Shown: positions 1-8,472 of the stretch, piece by piece
Numbering within the stretch: the stretch's first letter is position 1
Layout of the letters: every line of letters starts with the position of its first letter
Assembly: GCA_963801815.1 (NCBI GenBank)
Contig: CAWDGJ010000003.1
Location: forward strand, 288,001-352,000
DNA from: an uncultured Verrucomicrobiae bacterium
GTDB taxonomy: Bacteria; Verrucomicrobiota; Verrucomicrobiia; Chthoniobacterales; UBA10450
Reading direction: 5' to 3'
Length of the DNA stretch: 64,000 bases
Notes under the pieces: model-generated
What the model was told of the DNA's origin: nothing
Database searches by the model: none
What the model saw: only the letters and a program-made list of their open reading frames with translations
Program-made: the position numbers and the translations under genes

Positions 1-302
1 ATGCCGAAGATTTTGAACGAGGCGATGATTAACCAGTAAAGGAGCGGTGGTTTTGGTAATCTCGGCAATCCATCATTTGTAGGCCATAGCCATTGATGGG
101 TCTCTATCATTTCGCGGGCGGCGCCGGCATATTGTCCTTCGGTGTGGTTGTAGAGATCGCTCCAGCCGATCGTCGCCAAATGAAGCAGCGCCGCGAGCGC
201 GATTAGCGCAGCGAGAAGCGCATGGCGTAGTCGGGGAGGGGGCAACGCCGGCGGTTCGAGCAACGCATCCTCAATAGTGAACGTGCGGGCACCGGCCGTC
301 AT
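1..302 (-). CDS. ArnT/GT83-GT39-like membrane glycosyltransferase, N-terminal part (runs off window start)
   Basis: Hand translation from ATG at 302, which overlaps the thioesterase stop (ATGA): MTAGART...ALLAALIALAALLHLATIGWSDLYNHTEGQYAGAAREMIETHQWLWPTNDGLPRLPKPPLLYWLIIASFKIFG. TM helix, EGQY..AAREM and KPPLLYW match ArnT-family motifs. Not in the ORF track. Confidence 0.85.
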   Translation of the reverse strand, partial: MTAGARTFTIEDALLEPPALPPPRLRHALLAALIALAALLHLATIGWSDLYNHTEGQYAGAAREMIETHQWLWPTNDGLPRLPKPPLLYWLIIASFKIFG

Positions 303-721
303 ATTTGCCGCGTTCCGCGATATTTCTTCCAATCGTCCGGTAATCGGAGCGCCTTCCCCGCCGGCATCTGCACTAGCGCCACCATTTGCCGGCAATCGGC
401 AATGAGCGTTTCATCCGACGGCCGCGTGATTTGAAAGGCGCACCAAAAACGCGCGCGCTGTAATTCATCCAGCCACGCTTCTATTACCAATCGGTCCCCG
501 ATTTTCGCGGGCCGGCGATAATCGATCTCAGTCCGCACTACGGCTGGATACAATTTGGTTTGGTCCATTCCGCTCAAGGGCATTCCAAGTTTTTCGGCGA
601 GCGCTGTGCGCGCGATTTCGATGAAGCGCAAATAAGCAATGTTCGAAACCACGCCGCCTGAGTCGGTGTCGAAAAACATCACCTGCACTTCGGTCCGGAT
701 GCGCGGCTGGTCGGGGTTCAT
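299..721 (-). CDS. YbgC/FadM-type acyl-CoA thioesterase (hotdog fold)
   Basis: V.FFDTDSGGVVSNIAYLRFIEIAR and IDYRRPAKIGD motifs. Start taken at ATG 721 (ATGA overlap with the upstream gene). Confidence 0.85.
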   Translation of the reverse strand: MNPDQPRIRTEVQVMFFDTDSGGVVSNIAYLRFIEIARTALAEKLGMPLSGMDQTKLYPAVVRTEIDYRRPAKIGDRLVIEAWLDELQRARFWCAFQITRPSDETLIADCRQMVALVQMPAGKALRLPDDWKKYRGTRQI

Positions 722-2619
722 CGCAAGATCGACTTCATCGCATTTACGACTTCCTGCGTCGTTACTTCTTTCATGCATCGAAAATCGATCGGGCATTCGC
801 GCAGGAAACACGGGCTGCATTCGACATGGCGGCGCAGAACAATGTGACCATCTCCGAGGGGTCCAGTAAGCTGCGGCTCAGTGGAACCGAAAATTGCCAC
901 CACCGGCACGCCCAGCAACGCGGCCAGATGCATCGTGCCAGTGTCGTTGGTTAAAAGCGCGCGGCAATCGCGCAGTTCTGAAATCAATTCGTCCAATGTT
1001 GTCTGGCCAATGTGATTGACGCAGCTGTCGCCAAGTTTGGCGGCAATCGTTTCGCCGGCCGCCGCGTCGTTCGTTGTTCCAAACAAGACCCATTTGGCCT
1101 TTGATCCGTTGGACACCAATTTAGCAACTTCCGCGAAACGGTCCGGCAACCAGCGCTTGGATGGGCCGTAATCCGCGCCCGGACAAAGTCCTAATACGGT
1201 TCGGCGTTGGAAGTTTGCAGTCTTGGTGGAATCGTTCAGTTGGATCCTTGCGCTAAGATCGACATCCGCGCCGCAATCTTCGGCGATGCGAAGAAAACGA
1301 ATCGCGTGGTGCTGGGGTGGACCTGGTCGACGTGGTTCGCGCACAACCTGATTAAGCAACCAGGACCGCGCGTGTCCGCGATATCCAACTTTTCTGGAAA
1401 CCAATAAGACTTCGAGTGCTGAGCGAAGCGAGTTTGGGAAAAGAATGGCAGCGTCGAAGCGCGGTTGTTGTTTGACGACGCGTCCTGTCGCAAAAAGAGA
1501 TTTGGTTGGTAGGGATAAAACCTGATCGACTTCCGGGATCAATTTCCACATGGCCACGATTTTTTCCGGCGCGAGAATTGTGACATGCGCGTCGGGCCGG
1601 CCATTCTTGATCGCGCGGACCGTTGGGACGCTCATGACTGCGTCGCCAAGCCAGTTGCTGCTCCGGATCAGAATTCGAAATGGCTTCAGTTTTTCCGGCG
1701 GCCAATCTTTTGGCAGATAGACGCCACGTTTGTACCGTGCGAGAAGAAAATTCGGTCGTGGAGTCTTCCATCGATTGTGCACCCAGAAGCCGTCTTCCGG
1801 CGCGTGGCGTATTTGTTGTTCGATAATTTCGTTTATCTTCGAAGTCAGCGCCTCTATCGAGGCACCGGGAATATCGAAGCGCTCGGTGAAAACCATTCGC
1901 CAGCGGGCAGTGCCGGTTGTGTAAACCGCAGCCGCGATCAAAGCAGCACGGCTTCGTTTGGCGAGCAACGCTGACAGTGGTGAGGTCGACGCAAGTTTCC
2001 CGAAAAATGGGGTCCAGATTCCCTGATCACCGGCGTGTTGGTCGCTCAGAATCCCAACGCCGCCGCCAGAACGCAGCAAGTCGATGACTGGCTGGAATCC
2101 TTCCCGGCGATCGAACAACTCGAGTCCGGTGCGGCTTCGGCTCGCTCGGACATGGGCATCGATGAAGCGATTGCCGAGTTTTTGATATACGCTCGAGTTG
2201 CGAACGAAGCCGACAAACTTCGGCATCAATGGCGCGAACAGTTCCCAAGTGGCCAAATGACTCAACACGAGCACGACCGGCGTGCCTGCGCGAAATTCCC
2301 GGGCCATCGCCTCGATGTTTTCAACGGTGACGTGTTGCAGGATTTGGTCGGGAGACATCCGCATCAGCCTTACCGTGCAGAGGAGATTGGAGCCCAGTCG
2401 TTGAAAATGCCGCCGAACCAGGCGCCGCATTTCACGCGGCGATTTCTCCGCACCGAATGCGATCTCGATGTTGTGGAACGCCAGTCGCCGGTATTTGCCA
2501 AGAACAACCCAGGCGCAAAACCCGAGTGCGTTTCCAACCGCGAACGCACCGCGCAACGGCAACAGGCCGATCAGAGCGATTCCTGTCCGATAAATAAGGT
2601 AAACGAAATACTCGAGCAT
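718..2619 (-). CDS. Fused lipid A late acyltransferase (LpxL/HtrB-like) and ADP-heptose:LPS heptosyltransferase II (WaaF-like)
   Basis: N-half: LSHLATWE, SDQ, PFFG, WVHNRWK. C-half: IRSSNWLGDAVM, LCPGADYGPSKRW, TNDTGTMHLAA, AIFGST, CSPC..RECP. Single uninterrupted ORF; start set at MLEYF. Confidence 0.88.
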   Translation of the reverse strand: MLEYFVYLIYRTGIALIGLLPLRGAFAVGNALGFCAWVVLGKYRRLAFHNIEIAFGAEKSPREMRRLVRRHFQRLGSNLLCTVRLMRMSPDQILQHVTVENIEAMAREFRAGTPVVLVLSHLATWELFAPLMPKFVGFVRNSSVYQKLGNRFIDAHVRASRSRTGLELFDRREGFQPVIDLLRSGGGVGILSDQHAGDQGIWTPFFGKLASTSPLSALLAKRSRAALIAAAVYTTGTARWRMVFTERFDIPGASIEALTSKINEIIEQQIRHAPEDGFWVHNRWKTPRPNFLLARYKRGVYLPKDWPPEKLKPFRILIRSSNWLGDAVMSVPTVRAIKNGRPDAHVTILAPEKIVAMWKLIPEVDQVLSLPTKSLFATGRVVKQQPRFDAAILFPNSLRSALEVLLVSRKVGYRGHARSWLLNQVVREPRRPGPPQHHAIRFLRIAEDCGADVDLSARIQLNDSTKTANFQRRTVLGLCPGADYGPSKRWLPDRFAEVAKLVSNGSKAKWVLFGTTNDAAAGETIAAKLGDSCVNHIGQTTLDELISELRDCRALLTNDTGTMHLAALLGVPVVAIFGSTEPQLTGPLGDGHIVLRRHVECSPCFLRECPIDFRCMKEVTTQEVVNAMKSILR

Positions 2620-2740
2620 CAATCTCGGCCCACGCGCTCGCCGAACGCGGGACAGCGTAAATTTGCCTGAGCGGCGCTGCAATGAATATAATGTGGTAGT
2701 TGCCGTTGGCCTTCGTTAGGCATGTAAGCGGCTTTACTCG

Positions 2741-3484
2741 ATGAAAATGAAAAAAGATTTGTGGCTCGGCCTGAATGAGCGCGCGAGAAAATCTCTCGTT
2801 TCCCGCGACTACAAAACGGGCTCACCGGCTCAGCGGATTTCAGAATCAGGCGTTGACGCCGGCGATCTGATCGCGCCGCGCAGCAAAGCGGACCTGAAAA
2901 AGGTTTGGATTCCGGGCGTGGAGATTTTTTCGAGAACCATTCATCCGCAGCGCCATCGCGGCAGTTTTGGCGAATTGGCGCGCGAATCGGAGGGAATCCT
3001 CGGCAAGATCGGATTGCGGCCGAAACAATGGTCAGCCGCGTGCATGTACGCGAACAGCGCAAAAGGTTTTCACATTCATCCGCCAAGCGTTCCCGATGAT
3101 ACGACTGCGGAGAAATGGTTGCGCCGCTTATTCGTTACTCAGCCGCAGAATTACTCGCTCCGACCGTACGATCGCGAGCAATGGGATGTAATGTTTTTCC
3201 TGCAGGGCCGCGCCGAAATATTTTTACGCGACGCGCGTGCCGGTCTTCCTGAGCGAAACATGCGACTATTTGTGAACGGCGACAATCACCGCGGCCGCAA
3301 TAACGCCGGGATTGTCATTCCTCCGGGCGTTGCCCATGCAATCCGGGCCGAGGGATCGGAAGACCTGATCATGGTGTATGGCACGAGTACGAAATTTCAG
3401 CCGGAGTTCGAGGGCCGAATTGCCAGTGAAATCGAAATGGCAGAGTTACCCGCGTCCTGGCGAAAATTTTTAAGTGGCAAGTGA
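2741..3484 (+). CDS. RmlC-like cupin (dTDP-4-dehydrorhamnose 3,5-epimerase family)
   Basis: IPGVEIF, RGSFGEL, KGFHIH, IVIPPGVAHA motifs. Confidence 0.7.
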   Translation: MKMKKDLWLGLNERARKSLVSRDYKTGSPAQRISESGVDAGDLIAPRSKADLKKVWIPGVEIFSRTIHPQRHRGSFGELARESEGILGKIGLRPKQWSAACMYANSAKGFHIHPPSVPDDTTAEKWLRRLFVTQPQNYSLRPYDREQWDVMFFLQGRAEIFLRDARAGLPERNMRLFVNGDNHRGRNNAGIVIPPGVAHAIRAEGSEDLIMVYGTSTKFQPEFEGRIASEIEMAELPASWRKFLSGK

Positions 3485-3542
3485 CAGGTGACGAGTGACG
3501 AGCTGATCCCAACTTCTGTTCTTGTCACATGTCACTCGTCAC
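3473..3542. repeat. Inverted heptamer-array element, GTGACRA family
   Basis: AGTGGCA AGTGACA GGTGACG AGTGACG AG - spacer - TTGTCAC ATGTCAC TCGTCAC. Contains the TGA stop of the upstream gene. Confidence 0.85.
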
Positions 3543-3550
3543 GTTTTTTA

Positions 3551-4246
3551 ATGAATCGTCGTTTTGACCCAAACACGCTCGAACTGATGGACCGACCGCA
3601 ACCGGTCTCCGCCGAGCTTGAGTGTGATCTTGATAACCTCCGGAAGCTCAATCGCTGGTTCGGCAGCTATTCGTTGATCAAGTTTTTCCTCCATCGCTGG
3701 CTAAAGCCGGGCGCGAGACTGCGCATTCTCGATCTCGCTACGGGATCGGGCGACATTCCGAGGTTGATTGCGGATTACGCGCGCGACGTTGGCGCCGAAG
3801 TTCGGATAGATGCTCTCGACCGGCAGCCCGCAACGCTCGAGATCGCGAAGAAACTGAGCGCGGCCTATCCGAGTTTTTCGTTCATTGAAGGAAACATTCT
3901 CGAATGGGATGCGCCAGACCCGTACGACATCGTTCTATGTACATTAGCACTTCATCATTTTAGCGAGGACGATGCAGTGCGGGTTTTGCGTAAGTGCAGA
4001 GAGCTGTCGCGCAAATTTGTTCTCGTCTCGGACCTGCGTCGGGGCTGGACTGGCACAATCGGCGTCCACCTTCTGACGGCAACTATCTTTCGCGAGCCGA
4101 TGACGAGGTTCGACGCGCGCCTGTCGATTGCACGTGCTTTTTCGCTTTCCGAGCTGGCTCAGCTGGCGAAGCGCGCCGGTTGGAAAAATTTCGCGCAGCG
4201 GAGTTTCACCTGTGCACGCCAGGCGATCTGGCTCGAAGCGTTGTAA
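3551..4246 (+). CDS. Class I SAM-dependent methyltransferase
   Basis: ILDLATGSGDI motif I, YDIVLCTLALHHF, N-terminal ELMD. Start moved to ATG 3551 because the upstream extension is repeat-derived. Confidence 0.85.
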   Translation: MNRRFDPNTLELMDRPQPVSAELECDLDNLRKLNRWFGSYSLIKFFLHRWLKPGARLRILDLATGSGDIPRLIADYARDVGAEVRIDALDRQPATLEIAKKLSAAYPSFSFIEGNILEWDAPDPYDIVLCTLALHHFSEDDAVRVLRKCRELSRKFVLVSDLRRGWTGTIGVHLLTATIFREPMTRFDARLSIARAFSLSELAQLAKRAGWKNFAQRSFTCARQAIWLEAL

Positions 4247-4297
4247 CGCTAGCGCGATTTTTCTGAAAGAAATCACTGGCTCGCGCGTAGATGCCTT

Positions 4298-5026
4298 ATG
4301 AACGAACAATCCTCATCTTTCGCAATTCGCGGCGTGGCAGTTGTTATTGCTTCGCTCCTTCTCGCGGTCGGCGTTTCGGTCGGTGGATCTTTCGTAGGAG
4401 ATGGCATAGCGAATTGGAACAGCGGCCGGAGGATTATTGCCGTGAAGGGACTTTCGGAGCGCGAGGTGCCGGCGAGTGTCGCCACTTGGTACATTGGCTA
4501 TCGCGCAACCGGGAACGATCTGAACACGATTAATCGAAAATTGAGCGACAGCACGAAAACGGTTCTCGCGTTTCTAAAAACTGCGGGCTTCGAGGAAAAG
4601 GATGTCGCTGTGCAGCCCCCGGCGTTGCGCAATGCCAGTATGGAACCGCGTGAGAAAGACACCCCCGCGCCACTGGAGCGCTATCGCGCGGAACAATCGG
4701 TCCTGCTACGAACAGGAAAAGTTGACTTGATCAAACCAGCGCTCGCCTCAGCCTCAACTTTGATGGTCAACGGCGTGCTCCTCTCCGGCGGATGCCAGCC
4801 AAACTACGTTTACAACCAGTTGAATGAAATCAAGCCGACTATGATCCAGGAGGCGACAAAGAACGCTCGCGTTGCCGCCGAGCAGTTTGCGCGAGATTCA
4901 CAAACGAACCTGGGGAAACTGCGAAGCGCGTCGCAAGGATGGTTTCAGGTGGAAGATCGCGACGCGGTGACGCCGGAACGCAAGCTGGTCCGCGTCGTAG
5001 TCGACGTCGACTACGAACTCCACTAA
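4298..5026 (+). CDS. SIMPL (DUF541) domain membrane-anchored protein
   Basis: N-terminal TM, VKGLSEREV, IKPTMIQEATKNARVAAEQFARDS, LGKLRSASQGWF, KLVRVV. Confidence 0.85.
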   Translation: MNEQSSSFAIRGVAVVIASLLLAVGVSVGGSFVGDGIANWNSGRRIIAVKGLSEREVPASVATWYIGYRATGNDLNTINRKLSDSTKTVLAFLKTAGFEEKDVAVQPPALRNASMEPREKDTPAPLERYRAEQSVLLRTGKVDLIKPALASASTLMVNGVLLSGGCQPNYVYNQLNEIKPTMIQEATKNARVAAEQFARDSQTNLGKLRSASQGWFQVEDRDAVTPERKLVRVVVDVDYELH

Positions 5027-5088
5027 TCCGCAGAGTTTTAAGGTTTTCTTAATTCGCACCGTGCAGCGGACTAGGTCATGGTTGCGGA

Positions 5089-5916
5089 GTGCAAATTGTC
5101 ACGACGATTGAGAAGATTCGGCCTCGCGACCGGACGAATCGCCGCGTGCTGGTGCCGACAATGGGTGCGTTGCACACAGCCCACGGGGAGTTGATTCGAG
5201 TCGCCCGCGAAAACGCCGGTAAGAATGGCGAAGTGGTCGTCAGTATTTTTGTTAATCCGCTCCAGTTTGAACCAGGTAGCGATTACGAACGTTACCCGCG
5301 GCCTGAAAAAGATGACGAAGAGTTCTGTCGGAAAGCCGGTGTCGATCTCTTGTTTCGACCGGGCGCGGAGGAGATGTACGCAGATGACCGTTCCGTTTTT
5401 ATCGATGAAGATTCGTTGTCGAATGTGCTGGAGGGAAACTCGCGACCGGGACATTTCCGTGGCGTTTGCACGGTTGTTGCGAAGTTATTCAATATTTTGC
5501 AACCGGATGCTGCTGTGTTTGGCGAAAAAGATTTTCAGCAGCTCGCGATCATTCGTCGAATGGTGCGCGACTTGAACTACAAGATCGAGATTCTCGCAAT
5601 GCCGACCGTGCGCGAAATGAACGGACTCGCATGCAGCTCGCGCAACGCGTATTTGAATGCCGAAGAACGAATACAAGCGCCTGTTTTGCGCAAAGCTCTG
5701 GTTGCAGCCAGAGACTCCGGAAAGAAATCCGCCAAGGAGATTGTCGATCTTGTGAACAGCACAATCGGGACAGCGCCCCTCGCGAAAATTGATTACGTCG
5801 AACTTGTCGACGCGGACACTTTGCAGCCCATTGAAATTGTGACGCCGAACTCGCTCCTGGCCGTCGCCGTTTATTTTGGAAGAACGCGGGTGATCGACAA
5901 CATTAGGCTTAAATGA
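5089..5916 (+). CDS. panC: Pantoate--beta-alanine ligase
   Basis: VPTMGALH, VSIFVNPLQF, RPGHFRGVCTVV, FGEKDFQQ, SSRNAYL, TRVIDN. Confidence 0.97.
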   Translation: MQIVTTIEKIRPRDRTNRRVLVPTMGALHTAHGELIRVARENAGKNGEVVVSIFVNPLQFEPGSDYERYPRPEKDDEEFCRKAGVDLLFRPGAEEMYADDRSVFIDEDSLSNVLEGNSRPGHFRGVCTVVAKLFNILQPDAAVFGEKDFQQLAIIRRMVRDLNYKIEILAMPTVREMNGLACSSRNAYLNAEERIQAPVLRKALVAARDSGKKSAKEIVDLVNSTIGTAPLAKIDYVELVDADTLQPIEIVTPNSLLAVAVYFGRTRVIDNIRLK

Positions 5917-7508
5917 GGGAATACGATTTCGTTGTAATCGGGAGCGGGATCGCCGGACTGAGTTTTGCGCTAAAGGCGGCCAAACATGGCTCGGTGGCGG
6001 TTGTGACGAAGCGCAAAGGCGCAGACACCAACACAGCGTGGGCACAGGGGGGGATCGCGTGTGTCACAAGCGACGAAGATTCCTTCGAATTGCACGTTCG
6101 CGACACGCTCGCTGCCGGCGCGGGTTTGTGCGATGAAGTTGTCGTCCGCACAATTGTGACTGAAGCCCCGGCCCGGATTCAGGATTTGGTCGATCTCGGA
6201 CTTCACTTCGACGAGCGAGAAGTTTCGGGTCACCGAGAATTCGATCTTGGCCGTGAAGGAGGACATTCGAAGCGCCGCGTTTTGCATGTTCGCGATGTAA
6301 CTGGTAAGGAAATTGAAAATGTTTTGCTGCGCGAGCTAAGACGGCAATCGCACGTTCATCTTCTCGAAAATCACATGGCCGTTGATCTCATTACGGCATC
6401 GAAGTTGGGATTCGCTACGGAAGATCGCTGCCTCGGCGTTTACGTTCTTAACGAACAGACCGAAGGGGTTGAAACGATTCGATCCGACCGGATCGTGCTC
6501 GCGACGGGTGGCTGCGGTAAAGTTTATCTTTATACAACTAATCCTGACATCGCGACTGGCGATGGCGTGGCAATGGCCTGGCGGGCCGGGGCAACGATTG
6601 CGAACATGGAGTTTGTTCAATTTCACCCCACCTGTCTGTTCCATCCGAAAGCGAAATCGTTTTTGATTTCGGAAGCGGTGCGCGGCGAGGGCGGCATCCT
6701 GCGCAACAATCGGGGCGAAGACTTCATGAAACGCTACGATCCGCTCGGTTCGTTGGCGCGTCGAGATATCGTCGCGCGAGCGATTGATGCCGAGATCAAG
6801 CGGTCCGGCGCGCAATGCGTGTTCTTGGATATTACGGATAAACCGGTGGAATTCCTGCGCGAACGCTTCCCAAACATTTACGAGACTTGCCTGCGCTTCG
6901 GGATCGACATGACGAAGCAGCCAATCCCGGTGGTGCCGGCGGCGCATTATCAATGTGGAGGGATCAAGACCGACGTGAACGGGGCGACAAGTTTGCCCGG
7001 ATTGTACGCGATTGGCGAAGTGGGTTGCACCGGATTGCACGGCGCGAACCGCCTGGCGAGCAACTCGCTACTCGAAGGTTTGGTTGTCGCGCACCGCGCA
7101 GTCGCGTCCGCGGTCACCTCTCCATCCAAACAGAGTCAGGGAGATTTTGTAGTACCCGAGTGGCAATCAGGCAACGTGCAAGATGTGGATGAACTGGTCG
7201 TGATTTACCACAACTGGGATGAGATTCGGCGATTGATGTGGGATTACGTCGGGATAGTGCGGACCGACAAGCGGTTGCAACGGGCCAGCGCGCGCTTGCG
7301 TAACCTTCAGCGCGAGATCCGCGAGTTTTATTGGAACTTCAGGATCTCGGTCGACCTGTTGGAGCTGCGCAACCTGGCTACGGTGGCGGCGTTGATTGTC
7401 GATTCGGCTCTGAGCCGCAAAGAGAGCCGCGGGTTGCACTACACACTCGACTATCCACAGAGAAACGACCGGGAATACGTTCGCAACACGCTGATTACGA
7501 GAATATAG
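5913..7508 (+). CDS. nadB: L-aspartate oxidase
   Basis: GSGIAGL, AQGGIA, EGGHSKRRVLH, QFHPT, LISEAVRGEG, GLHGANRLASNSLLEG, ESRGLHY. Confidence 0.97.
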   Translation: MREYDFVVIGSGIAGLSFALKAAKHGSVAVVTKRKGADTNTAWAQGGIACVTSDEDSFELHVRDTLAAGAGLCDEVVVRTIVTEAPARIQDLVDLGLHFDEREVSGHREFDLGREGGHSKRRVLHVRDVTGKEIENVLLRELRRQSHVHLLENHMAVDLITASKLGFATEDRCLGVYVLNEQTEGVETIRSDRIVLATGGCGKVYLYTTNPDIATGDGVAMAWRAGATIANMEFVQFHPTCLFHPKAKSFLISEAVRGEGGILRNNRGEDFMKRYDPLGSLARRDIVARAIDAEIKRSGAQCVFLDITDKPVEFLRERFPNIYETCLRFGIDMTKQPIPVVPAAHYQCGGIKTDVNGATSLPGLYAIGEVGCTGLHGANRLASNSLLEGLVVAHRAVASAVTSPSKQSQGDFVVPEWQSGNVQDVDELVVIYHNWDEIRRLMWDYVGIVRTDKRLQRASARLRNLQREIREFYWNFRISVDLLELRNLATVAALIVDSALSRKESRGLHYTLDYPQRNDREYVRNTLITRI

Positions 7509-7626
7509 AATGGAACGGATAGTGCTCCTAACAAATTGTAACCGCCAGCGGCACTGGTTTTTCCATAACGAAAGCCCTTGCGAAAGGCGGGAAAATCGGA
7601 TAGAAACTGGCCACCCTTTTGCCCGA

Positions 7627-8466
7627 ATGAGACGATTACTCGCTCTTCTAATTCTGGCCGGCGCCATCGGCGCGCTGCGCGCAGAAGAGCAATCGAGTTC
7701 GCCATACGCCACGGCAGCGGATTTTGCGAAGTACGCCATGAAGTTGCGCGAACAGGCATTGCTCAAGGTCGAGCCGATCGTAAATATTCCGACAAGTTCT
7801 CGCCCAGTAGCCCAACGTTATGCCTGGAAATCCAACATTGTGACTACGGTGTTCTGGATCGGCGAACAAGCGGGCGGCAATAATCCCGTTCCAAACAATC
7901 GAAGTTCATGGGATCTAAATTGGACCGGTAATTATGGTGGTTTCGATAACCCTGATAGATCGCAGCGCCGAAATTACATCCCCGTCTCATTCGTCCCAAG
8001 GGAAAACCCCTTTTATTTTGCGTTGCCGTACAATGACGTGACGCACGGGCAGTTTAAACCAGAGGCGCCGTTGGTCATTCCCTGGTTCAAACGGTATTAC
8101 ACTGGTCAGGGACAATCGGTCTGCTGGCATCGCTGGATTGCGATTAAGAAGGGCATTCGAGTCTGCTACGCGCAATGGGAAGATTGCGGACCGTTCCGAA
8201 CCGATCATTTTCAATACGTTTTCGGCAATGAGCGACCTAAACCGAACCTGAACCATGGTGCCGGCTTGGACGTTTCTCCCGCGGTGCGTGACTATCTCGG
8301 GTTGCAGCCAACGGACGTGACCGACTGGCAATTTGTCGATCCAGAAAATGTTCCGGCGGGTCCTTGGCGAAGTTATGGCGAGCATAACAACTTCGTGCTT
8401 GCGCGTCGCCAGGCCGAACAGCGGCTGGCCCAGCAAGCCGGCGGATCGAGCAACGTCAAGAAGTAA
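7627..8466 (+). CDS. Secreted hypothetical protein, possible double-psi beta-barrel (RlpA-like) glycan-processing fold
   Basis: Signal peptide MRRLLALLILAGAIGALRA. WEDCGP...LDVSPAV resembles the RlpA DxGP...DLS motif pair. Candidate promoter TTGCGA-17-TAGAAA at 7578-7606. Confidence 0.6.
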   Translation: MRRLLALLILAGAIGALRAEEQSSSPYATAADFAKYAMKLREQALLKVEPIVNIPTSSRPVAQRYAWKSNIVTTVFWIGEQAGGNNPVPNNRSSWDLNWTGNYGGFDNPDRSQRRNYIPVSFVPRENPFYFALPYNDVTHGQFKPEAPLVIPWFKRYYTGQGQSVCWHRWIAIKKGIRVCYAQWEDCGPFRTDHFQYVFGNERPKPNLNHGAGLDVSPAVRDYLGLQPTDVTDWQFVDPENVPAGPWRSYGEHNNFVLARRQAEQRLAQQAGGSSNVKK

Positions 8467-8472
8467 CCGGCC

